Shown: piece by piece, positions 39,512-48,498 of the stretch | Position numbering within the stretch: the first letter of the stretch is position 1 | How the letters are laid out: every line of letters begins with the position of its first letter | DNA from: Planctomycetota bacterium | Lineage (GTDB): Bacteria > Planctomycetota > Phycisphaerae > UBA1845 | Assembly: GCA_024275565.1 (NCBI GenBank) | Contig: JAJRYY010000009.1 | Location: 636 to 64,635, forward strand | Reading direction: 5' to 3' | DNA: 64,000 nucleotides | The notes under the pieces: generated by a model | Told to the model about the DNA's origin: nothing | Database searches by the model: none | The model's input: the letters and a program-made list of their open reading frames with translations, nothing else | Made by a program: the position numbers and the translations under genes

Positions 39512-42500
39512 ATGCACAGGACGCTCTGTGGAACCGTTGTAATGTTGGCTGCCATACTCACCGGTGACGTGCTACTCGCACAATTCCAGGCCGGTCCGGT
39601 TTTACCAATCCTCGGCCCCATCAGGCAGGGAGGTTTTGAATGGCCTGATCAGGGTAACGATTTTGCGTACACGCCGGGAGGATCGTTTTGGGCATTCACT
39701 GGCGGAACCGGACTGGCCGGCAACGGCAGTGGGTTCACACGTTTCAATCCCCCCGCACCCCAGGGAGACCAGGTCTGCTTCATACAGAATGCTTCGAACA
39801 GCACAGTGAGTCAGAAATTCATATACCCCGCTGGCCGATACAGATTCAGGGTCAAAGCTGCCCAGCGCCTGCGAGGCAACGGAAATCTTGACCAGCAAAC
39901 TATCAGCTTGCGGATCGATGGCACGGAAATACTCAGCATCACCCCGCCCGATGAAAACTACACCCAGTACATCACCGATTATATTCTGCTGGACAGCTCG
40001 TCCCACGTGCTCACGTTTGTCGGCATGCAGAACGGTGGAAACTCCGCTTTTATCGACCAGGCGCAGGTTCAGTCCCTCAACGCAACCGCAGACAACTGGT
40101 CGGACCCAGGCACATGGCAGAATGGGGTCGTACCCGGTCCAACCGTGGATGCCACGATTCCCCTCGGCCAGACGGTTCTGCTGGATACTGACGCAAATGT
40201 CAAATCACTGACGGTCTTGGGATCGCTGTATTGCAAAGACGACGACGTATCCATCACAGCAAACTTCATCAATGTCTCAGGCTGGTTCGAATGTGGATCG
40301 GAAACAAGTCCACATCTTCAAAATATGACCATGACACTCAACGCGCCCCACAATCACCCTCCATGCACTCCGCCTGAAACTCCGAACTGTGAACAGACCA
40401 CCTGCGATACCCGATGCGATGGAACCTTTGAACCGTCGACGAAACACCTCATGGCCATACAAGGTGGAACCATCGAACTCCACGGCGAACCGCGTCTCAG
40501 CTGGACACAGATAAGCGCCACAGCAGCCGTCGGTGACACATCGATTACCGTCATTGACCCGGTCGACTGGCGCATCGGTGATCAGATTGTCATTGCACCC
40601 ACTTCAGAGAATACCAACGAAGGAGAAGAAGTCACCATTACCAACGTCAGCAACAACGGGCTGACCATAGATTTCACCCCAGGACTGCAATTCGAACATT
40701 ACGGAGAACAGACCACATACAACAACGGGGTGACTTCCTGGGTTCTCGATGAACGCGCGGAAGTGGGCCTGCTGACACGCAACATCGTGCTGAAGGCTGC
40801 CGAAGGAACAACTTCAGACGGTTACGGTGCACACATGATGACCATGAATGGTGCATTCTCCCGTGTCTCGGGCGTTGAGTTTTATCAGGTAGGCCAGGCA
40901 GGTCATCTCGCCCGATACCCCTTCCACTGGCACCTCGCAGGCGATGCCACCGGACAATACATCAGAAACTGCTCAATTCACAACAGTTACCACCGATGCG
41001 TCACCCTTCATGGAACCAACAACGCGGACATATCGGACAACGTATGTTACGATATCCTGGGACATGCCTACTTCATCGAAAATGGCACTGAAGTCGACAA
41101 CACATTCGATCACAACCTGGGAATCCTGACCAGAAAGGTACCGAAAGTAGATGCGGTACTCGAATCCGATTATCGCAATGGCTCTGCATCCAATGGTCCA
41201 GCCACCTTCTGGATTCGTCACCCGGACAACATCTACACGAACAATGCAGCCGCCGGTTCTGAGGGTTCGGGCTACTGGTACGGCATGCTTCAGGGCGATG
41301 ACTCACTATTTGCCCAGTTCGGGAAGTTTGAAAACAACCGTGTCCACTCATCTCGGCAGGGGTATACAGCCTGCAGCAACCCAAGCGGTCCACACGGAAT
41401 GAATCCACCAACACCGGCGGTTCTCCAGGGACTCACCGTCTCCAACTGCAAACAGGGGGTTTGGCCATGTGCAGCCAGCCAGACAGCAGAAAAGTCGATC
41501 TTCAAGAACATGATCGTCGCAAACTGCGAGAATGGATTTCAGGCACCCAATCCGGTCGCTCTGGAAGACTCGCTGTTTGTCGGGTATTCGAACAATGCCC
41601 CGCAGGCAGCCGAACTCGGTAGCAACTCAAACTGGCGAGGCGTTCAGGTATACGATCAGGGGTTCCTTTTCACCAATATACACTTTGAAAACTACGATCG
41701 CCCGTTCATGACGGCCTTCTTCCCAGGCGGAGGGGCCCACAAACATGCAAATAACCGCGCCATAGGCCTGACATTCAACAATGCCCCCAATGTATTCCTT
41801 GACCCAAACAACTTCTGGAAGATCGGCAACGTCCCCGGATGGTGGGGAGACGTGATACACGATCTCGACGGAAGTCTGGTAGGCGATGACTGGGCCTTCG
41901 TGGCAGGCCATCCCGTCATGTTCGATCGAACATGCACTCAGCCAACCAACATGAACACCGACGGATACGCATGCCCCTATCGCTATGCCCATTTCCGAAG
42001 CGAACACTTCGCCTCCATCGATCCGATCACCGTGATTCGGTCCGACGGCTATAGCAACACAAGTGGTCATATCAATGCCCGTTTCATCACGGAAATCATC
42101 ATGGATGACTCTTACTTCTACACATACCGCTACTCCACAGGGCTGAAGTTCAAAAAGCTTCAAGTCTCACTGCGGAACGCCTTCGGCGGCGACAACGCGG
42201 TGTACGAGTTCCTGGACGTCCCGTCGACCTTCAGCATTCCAACCAGCGGTTGGCAGCAGGCTTCTTCAGTGGACGATCTCATGACAGGCGCGGGACACCG
42301 ATATGTCTGGCGAGACCATTCGCTGTTCCTTAAGATGCAAGCCAGCGGTGATGACTGGCATGCGACCGACATAGTCGACATTTGCCTGAGAGACGTCAAT
42401 TGTGCACTAACGCATGAGGTAGGAACGCCACCTGTGGTAACGATCACCGCCCCACCGGACGGCGCTCGCTACCCCGTGGGTGCAGGCGTCATCGTACGAG

Positions 42501-43489
42501 CCAACATCACCGACCCATCTGGCAGCGCTCCCATTGTGTCTGCCCAGCTCTACCTGAACACCACCCTGATCGGTTCGGACATCGACTCACCCTACCTGTG
42601 GCGGCTGCTAAACATCCCGCAAGGCGACCACGTTCTCAAGGTCGTGGCGATCAATGCAAACGGCGACACATTTACACAGGTCCAGCAGATGTTCGGAGGC
42701 GATGTGCATCCACGCATCGAAATCACGTCCCACACGGACAACATGACCGTCAATGCAGACACGCCCATCACGATCGACTACGACCTCGCCAACTGGGGCG
42801 CCGCAGGTGAACATCTGCACTGGTACATCAACAATGAATACCAGGGCGACTTCACGCCGGGAACGCAGCTGATGATTCCAGTAAATGGATTGTCGCAAGG
42901 CGTCCAGGAACTGAAAATTGCACTGGCAGCCGCCGACGAAACCGTACTCGCCATCAATGACACTGTTCGGCTTTACGCCATGAAAAACTACCTCATCGCC
43001 GACTATGAAACCGGCGTCGATACGCGTACTTCTTTCACGGCTGACGATACGAACATAGGTCAGTTGTCAAAGATCAAGTTCGCATGGGGCACGCAGGAAC
43101 CGGAGGCTAGTTATGCCGATGGTCAGGACGACATCAACTACTTCGATGTCTACGACAATCAGGACGGCACGTTCGGGTTCGCAACATACCGACTCAATCT
43201 CGACCCGCAGCAGGACTGGTCGTCATTCATCAGCCTCGAGATAAGATCCAGCAGCAACCTCGATTTCGAGTGCTTCGTCGTGGATGCAACACAGGGTTCG
43301 ACCAGCCTGGGTTTCCGAACCACCGCCGGCTCCATCACAACGCTGGATCTGGAATTGCTTCCATCCACGCTCATCGACGAGGTTATCGCAATAGAGCTTC
43401 GTTTCGACGAGTCAACCATCGCCCCGGATACGTTCCATCGCCTGCATCTGGAGCATATTCGCCTGATAGAAGATCCAACTATCCCATAA
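39512..43489 (+). CDS. large secreted G8-domain / parallel beta-helix protein (CEMIP/TMEM2-like)
   Basis: Signal peptide at MHRTLCGTVVMLAAILTG, with a GGAAAGGAG Shine-Dalgarno. G8 motif WSDPGTWQNGVVPGPTVDATIPLGQTVLLDTD. CEMIP-like core ARYPFHWHLAGD...SIHNSYHRCVTLHG...GHAYFIENGTEVDNTFDHNLG. Confidence 0.85.
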   Translation: MHRTLCGTVVMLAAILTGDVLLAQFQAGPVLPILGPIRQGGFEWPDQGNDFAYTPGGSFWAFTGGTGLAGNGSGFTRFNPPAPQGDQVCFIQNASNSTVSQKFIYPAGRYRFRVKAAQRLRGNGNLDQQTISLRIDGTEILSITPPDENYTQYITDYILLDSSSHVLTFVGMQNGGNSAFIDQAQVQSLNATADNWSDPGTWQNGVVPGPTVDATIPLGQTVLLDTDANVKSLTVLGSLYCKDDDVSITANFINVSGWFECGSETSPHLQNMTMTLNAPHNHPPCTPPETPNCEQTTCDTRCDGTFEPSTKHLMAIQGGTIELHGEPRLSWTQISATAAVGDTSITVIDPVDWRIGDQIVIAPTSENTNEGEEVTITNVSNNGLTIDFTPGLQFEHYGEQTTYNNGVTSWVLDERAEVGLLTRNIVLKAAEGTTSDGYGAHMMTMNGAFSRVSGVEFYQVGQAGHLARYPFHWHLAGDATGQYIRNCSIHNSYHRCVTLHGTNNADISDNVCYDILGHAYFIENGTEVDNTFDHNLGILTRKVPKVDAVLESDYRNGSASNGPATFWIRHPDNIYTNNAAAGSEGSGYWYGMLQGDDSLFAQFGKFENNRVHSSRQGYTACSNPSGPHGMNPPTPAVLQGLTVSNCKQGVWPCAASQTAEKSIFKNMIVANCENGFQAPNPVALEDSLFVGYSNNAPQAAELGSNSNWRGVQVYDQGFLFTNIHFENYDRPFMTAFFPGGGAHKHANNRAIGLTFNNAPNVFLDPNNFWKIGNVPGWWGDVIHDLDGSLVGDDWAFVAGHPVMFDRTCTQPTNMNTDGYACPYRYAHFRSEHFASIDPITVIRSDGYSNTSGHINARFITEIIMDDSYFYTYRYSTGLKFKKLQVSLRNAFGGDNAVYEFLDVPSTFSIPTSGWQQASSVDDLMTGAGHRYVWRDHSLFLKMQASGDDWHATDIVDICLRDVNCALTHEVGTPPVVTITAPPDGARYPVGAGVIVRANITDPSGSAPIVSAQLYLNTTLIGSDIDSPYLWRLLNIPQGDHVLKVVAINANGDTFTQVQQMFGGDVHPRIEITSHTDNMTVNADTPITIDYDLANWGAAGEHLHWYINNEYQGDFTPGTQLMIPVNGLSQGVQELKIALAAADETVLAINDTVRLYAMKNYLIADYETGVDTRTSFTADDTNIGQLSKIKFAWGTQEPEASYADGQDDINYFDVYDNQDGTFGFATYRLNLDPQQDWSSFISLEIRSSSNLDFECFVVDATQGSTSLGFRTTAGSITTLDLELLPSTLIDEVIAIELRFDESTIAPDTFHRLHLEHIRLIEDPTIP

Positions 43490-43522
43490 GCACCAGGGGC
43501 AGTATTTCCAAAAAAAATGAGA

Positions 43523-43557
43523 AAGCCGGCTCGCGATCAAACATCGCGAGCCGGCTT
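43523..43557. terminator. bidirectional rho-independent terminator between convergent genes
   Basis: 15-bp stem AAGCCGGCTCGCGAT-CAAAC-ATCGCGAGCCGGCTT, flanked by an A8 run upstream and T-rich sequence downstream. Confidence 0.75.
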
Positions 43558-43641
43558 CTTCTCTATAAAAAAACGTAACCGGACCCCACATCCCAGCGAC
43601 AGGACATCCATCCAGATACGCAACGAGCGCCGAATCGATAA

Positions 43642-44775
43642 TCACGAATCATCGCCGCAGGCGCTACCAACCAGCCCGCGAATCTGCTCAGAAAGATCAC
43701 CACCTCCAAACACAAACGTCGAGCGCGTCCCGGAAAGAATCTCACCAAGCTGCTCAAACTCCTTCATCCGCGCAAGCGTAGGATTCTCAGCAAGCAACTT
43801 CGCAGTATTCGCCTGACTCCGTGCAGCAGCCGTCTCCTCACGACGCCGGATAAGGTTCGCCTGAGCAGACTTCTCAGCCTCAATCACCTGGTTCAGAATC
43901 GTCTTCATCTCACCAGGCAGTATGATGTCCTTAAGCCCAACGCTCTTGATGGCAACACCAAATCCCTGAGCGCGAGATGCAAGCGCATTCCGAACCTCAC
44001 CACTGACCGACTCCTTATCAGCAAGCAACGTATCCAGCGTCCGCGTACCAACAGCAGCCCGCAAAACAAGCTGTGCTTCACGGTACAACGCCTGACCATG
44101 GTCAGTCACAACGGTCACCGCCTTCACAGAATCAACAACCTGATACGCAACCAGAAGATTCACACGCAACGTAACCTTGTCCTTGGTCATGATCTCTTGG
44201 CCCGCAACATCCGCAACCTGCTCACGGCGATCAACAACGCTCCACCTCACACGTCCAACCGTGTTCCAGAAAACATGCCGGCCCTTACGAAGCGTCTCAA
44301 CAATCGCACCATCCTTAAACAACAACGCATCCTCATAATCGGAAACATCCACACTGATCAACCACTTGGACCCAACATCGAAAGCCATCACAGCATCCAG
44401 CTTCGCATGATCAAAACGCGGAACATCCGTATCGAACACCTCAACCTCAATCTTATAAGGCTCATTCCAGAACGCATGACGACCAGGCCCAACGATGTAC
44501 GCAAGGCGACCATCCTTCCAGACCAGAGCACGCTCATGGTCAGCAAGCTCGACAATCTTCAGAGCATCACGCATCGCCGCATCCTGAAGCAACACGTCCA
44601 ACAGCGGATGCTCGAACCGGGTCAACAGCGTACTCACAACGCCGATCCGATGACGCGTACGACTCCACAGAGAGCTCCACAGACGGTACTTACCCGGTTC
44701 CAGCAGCCGGACGAAATCGCCATACTCAAACAACAAACCCTTCTCATAAGACTTAATCCGCGTCAATCCAAACAT
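43642..44775 (-). CDS. SPFH/band-7 (slipin-like) protein with a triplicated N-terminal module and no obvious TM anchor
   Basis: SPFH core (VTLRVNLLVAYQVVD...LKDIILPGEMKTILNQVIEAEKSAQANLIRRREETAAAR). The start is set at the ATG at 44775, 10 nt after an AAGGAGG Shine-Dalgarno. Confidence 0.87.
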   Translation of the reverse strand: MFGLTRIKSYEKGLLFEYGDFVRLLEPGKYRLWSSLWSRTRHRIGVVSTLLTRFEHPLLDVLLQDAAMRDALKIVELADHERALVWKDGRLAYIVGPGRHAFWNEPYKIEVEVFDTDVPRFDHAKLDAVMAFDVGSKWLISVDVSDYEDALLFKDGAIVETLRKGRHVFWNTVGRVRWSVVDRREQVADVAGQEIMTKDKVTLRVNLLVAYQVVDSVKAVTVVTDHGQALYREAQLVLRAAVGTRTLDTLLADKESVSGEVRNALASRAQGFGVAIKSVGLKDIILPGEMKTILNQVIEAEKSAQANLIRRREETAAARSQANTAKLLAENPTLARMKEFEQLGEILSGTRSTFVFGGGDLSEQIRGLVGSACGDDS

Positions 44776-45144
44776 ACTCACGACACCTCCTTTCAACATA
44801 CATCCCGCACGAACTTCCGACCTATATCAACCGTCCAACAATGAACGCAAAATCTAAAATCGCAGGTTGAAGGGTGACCCTCACGATCTGTCCCGAGTTC
44901 GCAACGGAGTCGAGTTTAAGACGCACCAGCAACCACCTCGACCTTATACTTCCGGAAGGTGTCTCGATACCCGGTTACAGGGCGTCGATGGTGCTGGCAC
45001 GTCGGTATCCACCCGACTTCAAAGATACTTACACGGCGCCAACGATGTACCATGCAATCGAAACCGCATGACGCACCACCGATGGCTGACAAAATCGCTA
45101 AATCACTCCCAAAACCTGCTTTTCAAAGCGACTTTTCAGCCGCT

Positions 45145-45215
45145 CAAGAGGGGCGGGATTCGAACCCGCTACCGCACGGTTAAACCGTGTGCTCTTACCA
45201 GATGAGCTACCCAGG
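45145..45215 (-). ncRNA. tRNA-like element B (class-I-like, 5-nt anticodon loop, degenerate 5' acceptor strand)
   Basis: Canonical D arm (TAGCTCATCTGGTAAGAGCA) and T arm (GCGGGTTCGAATCCCGC). The anticodon arm is CACGG-TTTAA-CCGTG. The 3' acceptor strand CCCTCTT pairs with the 5' strand only at GGG/CCC plus one terminal pair. Confidence 0.6.
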
Positions 45216-45298
45216 TGGTCTGGACAGGAATCGAACCTGCTTCACTGTAAGGTGACAGCCCTTAACAGGCTGCGCTCGACCATCGAGCATCCAGAACC
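45216..45298 (-). ncRNA. tRNA-like element A (class-II-like with a 15-nt variable arm and non-canonical positions 4, 8 and 33)
   Basis: GGTTCTGG-AT-GCTC-GATGGTC-GAGC-G-CAGCC-TGTTAAG-GGCTG-TCACCTTACAGTGAA-GCAGG-TTCGATT-CCTGT-CCAGACC-A. The acceptor stem needs a bulged T. G replaces U33 and A replaces U8. Confidence 0.6.
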
Positions 45299-45503
45299 GA
45301 TATTGTTTCCGATGCCGTTCACGGTACACGCCACAGATAAATCCAGCACACAAATCCACCGGACCCAAAACGCGCCGCCGGCACAACATCGGTTTGACCC
45401 AATCTATACACCTTCCACATCTATACATCTTCCACGCAACCCGCACATCGCGGATGTCAATGGACCTGTAACCCGTCAGAGTCACACGATAGTCACACGA
45501 TAA

Positions 45504-46520
45504 TTACGCGATAGATATAACGATGGCGCGACTGTCCTCACGTTCCGTTTCGATCTCAACGTCAAGAAACTTACCAATCAGATCAACATGCGTTTCAGAA
45601 TGACGAGACAATCCCGTAGACCGAAACGTTCCAGACCCCGCGATCGCCATCGGCAGCAACAACTGATCCGTCAGATACTCTCCAACCGGAGCAGATGACC
45701 GAAGATAACGCTGACACTGCTGAACCGCATGGGAAGCGACAGCCTCAGCAGCTCGACCAACCTCACCGAAACCCGTAAAAACTTCCGTCACGTTCTCATA
45801 CCCAAGCTCGATCGTCACAATATTTCCAGGACCCACAGGGCGATCGATCTCAACAACTTCCGCTTCACCCTCATCCCAACCGAGACGCTTCCGCATGACG
45901 CGAACTTCCCGATCAGCGATCTTCCGATCAAGACTCGATACAACCGCCCGCCCACATCGCCGCACCAGATCGCCACGCTCCACAATGCTGATCCCACCGA
46001 AAGATTCAGCAGGTGTCACATCCACAACCATACGTCCCCCACCCGCCGGATAGAACCCATACCTCTCAAGGGTCACCGATACCTTCGGACCCATCCGATT
46101 CACAAGCGGAAGGTACGACCGCTCAAGAAAGTCAAACGGAGGTGCATACGGATTATGCGTCCCGCCCTCAAGCACGATCCGACTCGGCGCTTTCGCAAGT
46201 GCAAGCGGAAGCAAAATCGTCTGCAGCACAAGCGTCGTACTACCCGCCGTCCCAATACTGAACGTATAATCACCACCCACAGCCACACCCGGAACAAACA
46301 CCAGCTCGGTCGAACCCATCTCATCGCCCTCGACCTTACACCGCCCAATCTCAGCAGCAGCACGGACAGCCGTAAGGTGTTGTCGCAGCAGTCCGGGCTT
46401 CCTCCGCTTCGCACGAATATTCTCAATTCGAAACGCCCTACCCGTAACGATCGACAGCGCAAGGGACGATCGCAATATCTGCCCCCCGCCTTCACAAAAT
46501 GAACCATCAACCGTCAACAT
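45504..46520 (-). CDS. rtcA: RNA 3'-terminal phosphate cyclase
   Basis: MLTVDGSFCEGGGQILRSSLALS N-terminus and full-length RtcA similarity. The start is set at the ATG at 46520 with an AGGAGG Shine-Dalgarno; the ORF track begins 15 codons earlier. Confidence 0.92.
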   Translation of the reverse strand: MLTVDGSFCEGGGQILRSSLALSIVTGRAFRIENIRAKRRKPGLLRQHLTAVRAAAEIGRCKVEGDEMGSTELVFVPGVAVGGDYTFSIGTAGSTTLVLQTILLPLALAKAPSRIVLEGGTHNPYAPPFDFLERSYLPLVNRMGPKVSVTLERYGFYPAGGGRMVVDVTPAESFGGISIVERGDLVRRCGRAVVSSLDRKIADREVRVMRKRLGWDEGEAEVVEIDRPVGPGNIVTIELGYENVTEVFTGFGEVGRAAEAVASHAVQQCQRYLRSSAPVGEYLTDQLLLPMAIAGSGTFRSTGLSRHSETHVDLIGKFLDVEIETEREDSRAIVISIA

Positions 46521-46603
46521 CACAACAACCTCCTGGAAAGAACAATTCATCGACAGGGCGACCATGTCTTCCTAACAACAGGGCGCCCATATCTTCTTCA
46601 ACA

Positions 46604-46792
46604 GTGTGGCCCATGTCTTCAGACATGGGGGAGCCGAAGACCACCCGCACAGCAACCCAAACTCTAGCCAAGCCTCAGGGTCCACTGTACGGACCACCAT
46701 CACAACATAAAACGGGTCCCACCGGCGACTCGTCCGCCAGCGTGCTTCATCACAGCATAAAACGGGTGCCACTGGCGGCTTGTCCGCCAGTG
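46604..46792. repeat. REP-like hairpin cluster inside the rtcB-rtcA spacer
   Basis: Module GTGGCCCATGTCTTCAGACATGGGGGAGCCGAAGA (46604-46646), hairpin GGTCCACTGTACGGACC (46679-46697), and a tandem ~50-bp duplication with one CCACyGGCG...CGCCAG hairpin in each copy (46714-46742 and 46766-46792). Confidence 0.8.
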
Positions 46793-46850
46793 TCTATAAC
46801 AAACACAACCATCGCATCCCACACAGCACCCCAGACACACCACAACCACC

Positions 46851-48347
46851 TCAATCATCCGCCGCAGAAGCATCCTTAATCACAAAACGCGCCTTCAACC
46901 GTGCAACCTCAGAAGCCAGCCCGGCAAGCTTCACAGAACGAAGCACCTCATCAAAATCCTTATAGACAGCCGGGGCTTCATCCATCGGATAATTCCGGCA
47001 ATTCGTCATAATATCGCACGTCTCGAACGACGCATTGATCGACTTCTGATCCAGCGACCGGATCGCGGCTTTGCGACCCATCACGCGTCCGGCACCATGA
47101 TTCACACTGTAACAACTAATCTCCGCACCCTTATCCGCCACCATGACAGCCGACCCCCGCTGCGGATCACCCGGCAGCAAAATAGGATGCCCGCTCTTGG
47201 CAAACGGCGTATCCTTCAACGCATAATGACCACCAGGAAACGCCCGGGTCGCACCCTTACGCATCACCCAGGAAGGTCGGTTATTCACAATCTCCTTCCG
47301 CGCAATATTATGACTGATGAGGTAAACCAGCTCACCAGACACACCCGGAATGACCTCCTGAAAAGCCTCCAGCACAAGCGCGTTAATCAGCAGATGATTC
47401 ACAGTCGCAAAATTCGCTCCCATGGACATATCATCGATATAAGCATTCGCCTCAGGCGTCCCAAGCGGTGCATAACACAAATGCCTGTCATTCCCAGGAT
47501 ACTCTATACCCCACCGGTCAAACTTCCGCTGCAACGCCTGAAACTGTCCCATAGCAAGGTTGTGACCAAATCCACGCGATCCACAGTGCGAGAGAAACGC
47601 GACATGCTTATCCCGCAGCCCGAAGGTCTCAGCACAGTGCTTCGCCCGGCTGTCATCACCAACCTCCACCACCTCACACTCGCCAAAATGATTACCGCCA
47701 CCATACGACCCAAGCTGCGTAACCTTCTCCCTGAACTTCGGAAACGCCCCGGAGTGCAGTAGCCAGTCGAGTCGAGCACCCAGCGCATCCCGGGTTTCAT
47801 CGTGTCCCAGGTGGAAAGAGTCCTCACAACGCGTCGCCCACCGTGCAGGGACACCCATCGCCTCACAAACCCCCTGCGACGCACCTTCGATCGCAACGCG
47901 TCTCCCCAGCGGCTCGCCCACATGCCTCGATTTTCGGACGCTGCGCTGGCCCCGCCCCGCTCCCGTAGGCGTCCGCTCACAAATCGCCTCAATCACCGCC
48001 CGCCGGGTACGACGATCCAGAACCTCATTTTCAGGCAAATCAAGCTGCAATAAGCTCATGGAACACTTGATATCCACGCCTACGGGACCGGGGTAGATGT
48101 GGGAGGCGGAGGCCATCACGCAGCCAATGGGGGCGCCATACCCGATATGGGCATCGGGGTTCAGTACCACTTCATCCACGCCGGGGGCGAGGCGGGCATT
48201 GACCACCTGCTGCAAAGTGGCGTCATCAAACGTATCAAGGATAGCCTCGGTCCCAATAACCGTTATTGGCTTCACCTTACCGTCAGCCACCGGCAAAATA
48301 GACGTTGCCGCACCCGTACTCACCAGTCTGTTCGTATGCTTCGCCAT
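46851..48347 (-). CDS. rtcB: RNA-splicing ligase RtcB
   Basis: Metal and GMP-site motifs NPDAHIGYG, GGGNHFGE and SHCGSRGFGH. The start is set at the ATG at 48347 (MAKHTNR), with a GAGGAG Shine-Dalgarno 7 nt upstream. Confidence 0.95.
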   Translation of the reverse strand: MAKHTNRLVSTGAATSILPVADGKVKPITVIGTEAILDTFDDATLQQVVNARLAPGVDEVVLNPDAHIGYGAPIGCVMASASHIYPGPVGVDIKCSMSLLQLDLPENEVLDRRTRRAVIEAICERTPTGAGRGQRSVRKSRHVGEPLGRRVAIEGASQGVCEAMGVPARWATRCEDSFHLGHDETRDALGARLDWLLHSGAFPKFREKVTQLGSYGGGNHFGECEVVEVGDDSRAKHCAETFGLRDKHVAFLSHCGSRGFGHNLAMGQFQALQRKFDRWGIEYPGNDRHLCYAPLGTPEANAYIDDMSMGANFATVNHLLINALVLEAFQEVIPGVSGELVYLISHNIARKEIVNNRPSWVMRKGATRAFPGGHYALKDTPFAKSGHPILLPGDPQRGSAVMVADKGAEISCYSVNHGAGRVMGRKAAIRSLDQKSINASFETCDIMTNCRNYPMDEAPAVYKDFDEVLRSVKLAGLASEVARLKARFVIKDASAADD

Positions 48348-48385
48348 CAGAATACTCCTCACGTTCCATGTGTACTGATAACCAT

Positions 48386-48402
48386 AAGCACCCTGCGTGC
48401 CA
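48386..48402 (-). promoter_or_regulatory. sigma-54 (-24/-12) promoter of rtcBA
   Basis: The minus strand reads TGGCACgcagggTGCTT, with correct GG-N10-GC spacing, about 40 nt upstream of the rtcB ATG and facing the divergent rtcR. Confidence 0.78.
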
Positions 48403-48498
48403 GTTAGTCAAGTGTTGATTTATGGTGAAAAACGCCTGTGTGGTGCTGCGGATTTCCGAAAAGTTGATAAATCTGGATAGTTTTTTATAATCCTCGCT

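Noticed and set aside
45145-45298. Calling these two elements ordinary tRNA genes (for example Leu-UAA / Lys-like) or ochre-suppressor tRNAs.
   Set aside because: Element A has G at position 33, A at position 8 and a bulged acceptor stem. Element B has a 5-nt anticodon loop and an unpaired acceptor stem. I cannot assign an isotype honestly, so they are reported as tRNA-like ncRNA candidates instead.
46760-46792. TGGCAC motifs inside the REP hairpins (minus strand TGGCACCCGTTTTATGC), which look like extra sigma-54 promoters in front of rtcA.
   Set aside because: The GG-to-GC spacing is 12 nt rather than 10, and the TGGCAC is simply part of the conserved hairpin stem that recurs at unrelated loci such as 25321 and 25453.
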